This document shows, piece by piece, positions 63,001 to 64,000 of a DNA stretch of 64,000 nucleotides (position 1 is the first letter of the stretch; every line of letters starts with the position of its first letter). The stretch is from Bilabrum cf. latius (Eukaryota): contig OZ237764.1 in the NCBI GenBank assembly GCA_965178125.1, forward strand, positions 186,001-250,000. The letters are read 5' to 3'. The position numbers and the translations under genes are program-made. A model generated the notes under the pieces. That model saw only the letters and a program-made list of their open reading frames with translations. It was not told the DNA's origin and made no database searches.

Positions 63001-64000
63001 AGGGAGGACGAGCAGCGAGCAGTAGATTGCAAAGCAGCCGCTGAACAGCGTGCGCTGCAGCTACAGGATCGTTTGGAGGAACACGACGCGGCCGAGAGCA
63101 AGGCTTTGGCCCGGCAACAAGCTTTGCAGTTGACGATTCAGTCAATTGAGAAAAACGAAGAAGTCGCAAGAACACGGCGAGCAGCACTCGACGCCGAAAT
63201 AGCAGCGATTGCGGCCAAGGAGCGTGAAGCGGCAAGCAGGCTTTCTAGCGTCGAGATGCGAGCACGCATGGCAGAGAAGCGCGCACAGGAGGCCCAGCAA
63301 CGCACGGAAGCAGCGCAATTACGGATGAACGATGTACTGCGGCAAAAATCGGCTGCTTATCGAGCTGTTTCTGAGCAGCAGGCGAGACTTAAGCATCTTC
63401 AGGCCGAAGTGCGCCTACTGCAGGCCCAAAACGCCCAGGTTGAGCCCGCACCGACGGCGGCACCGACAACCACCATTGTGCCTGTCGAAGCGTCGGGCAG
63501 TCGCGAACAGCACGATCTTGCATCATGCGCGCCTGCCTCCGCAGCTTCTTCACAGCCGGATGAGACTCAATCCACATTGGCGATTAGAGACTTGTTGGAG
63601 GCACAACAGCGCGCGATTGATCAAGCCAGCAGGCTGCAGCGGTTGCGCGACAAGTCCCGAGCGTGCCTCATGCAGTCCACCCAGCTGCACCGCCAGAGCA
63701 TGCACAGTAGTCGGCAGCAACAAGCCGCCGCCCAAGCAATCCAAAGGGGAGGCGAGCTCGCAAGACTAGAGGCAGCGGCTGCTGCGAGGGTGCAAGAGGC
63801 AGAGTACCGCGAGTCGTTGGCTCGCTCAGCAGCTGACGAGGTCCGCAGGGCGCGCCGTGAGCAGCAAGCCTTCACGGAGGAGCAGCTGAGGCTGGTGGCC
63901 TCTCGAAAGCGAGCCGTGCACGAGCAAGAGGTGAAGCTACGATCTCGAGAACTCAGCGTGGCAGAGCGCGAGCGCGAGGTGGCCACGGCTGGCGTGCAAG
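60085..64000 (+). CDS. Pro/Lys-rich repeat plus long coiled-coil protein (runs off the right edge)
   Basis: ATG 60085 (MDSSETKSD), one TAG at 60325-60327, then open to 64000: 22-aa repeats followed by an E/Q/R/A-rich coiled coil from ~62870. Confidence 0.8.
60394..62415 (+). repeat. 66-nt coding tandem repeat, about 30-31 copies
   Basis: About 7 copies of AQELPKPPKRPPTRAS(GESGSG/SRPKPG), then about 23-24 near-identical copies of AQDVPKPLKRPAKKPSSEAGAG. Period checked (60921 to 60987). Confidence 0.95.

Noticed and set aside
1-64000. tRNA (including a CUA suppressor), rRNA or eRF1 genes in this window
   Set aside because: None recognised by eye; the decoding machinery must lie elsewhere and needs a genome-wide search.

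Overview
GC-rich, gene-dense eukaryotic (protist-type) nuclear DNA with short GT-AG introns and head-to-head gene pairs about 100-190 bp apart. The main finding is a non-standard genetic code: TAG is a sense codon read as glutamine, while TGA and (apparently) TAA remain stops. The fragmented ORFs in the standard-code track fall into common reading frames separated only by TAG (roughly 110-120 in-frame TAGs by hand count, no in-frame TAA seen). TAG occupies highly conserved Gln positions in a Mot1/SNF2 ATPase and a histidine kinase. Re-read this way, the window holds about 16 genes: PhyH-type dioxygenase, membrane hybrid histidine kinase, CLC channel, BIVM/C39-like protein, CAP-Gly-IQ-PPEF phosphatase, Oxa1/Cox18 insertase with a very long tail, Mot1/BTAF1, a large EF-hand protein, SnoaL-like protein, cAMP-receptor-like GPCR, Sec12-like WD40 membrane protein with a long 11/18-aa repeat, SAM methyltransferase, and several large low-complexity or coiled-coil proteins. 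A probable 5'-truncated retroelement fragment also uses TAG as sense. Gene models and family calls were made by eye from motifs, without database searches.
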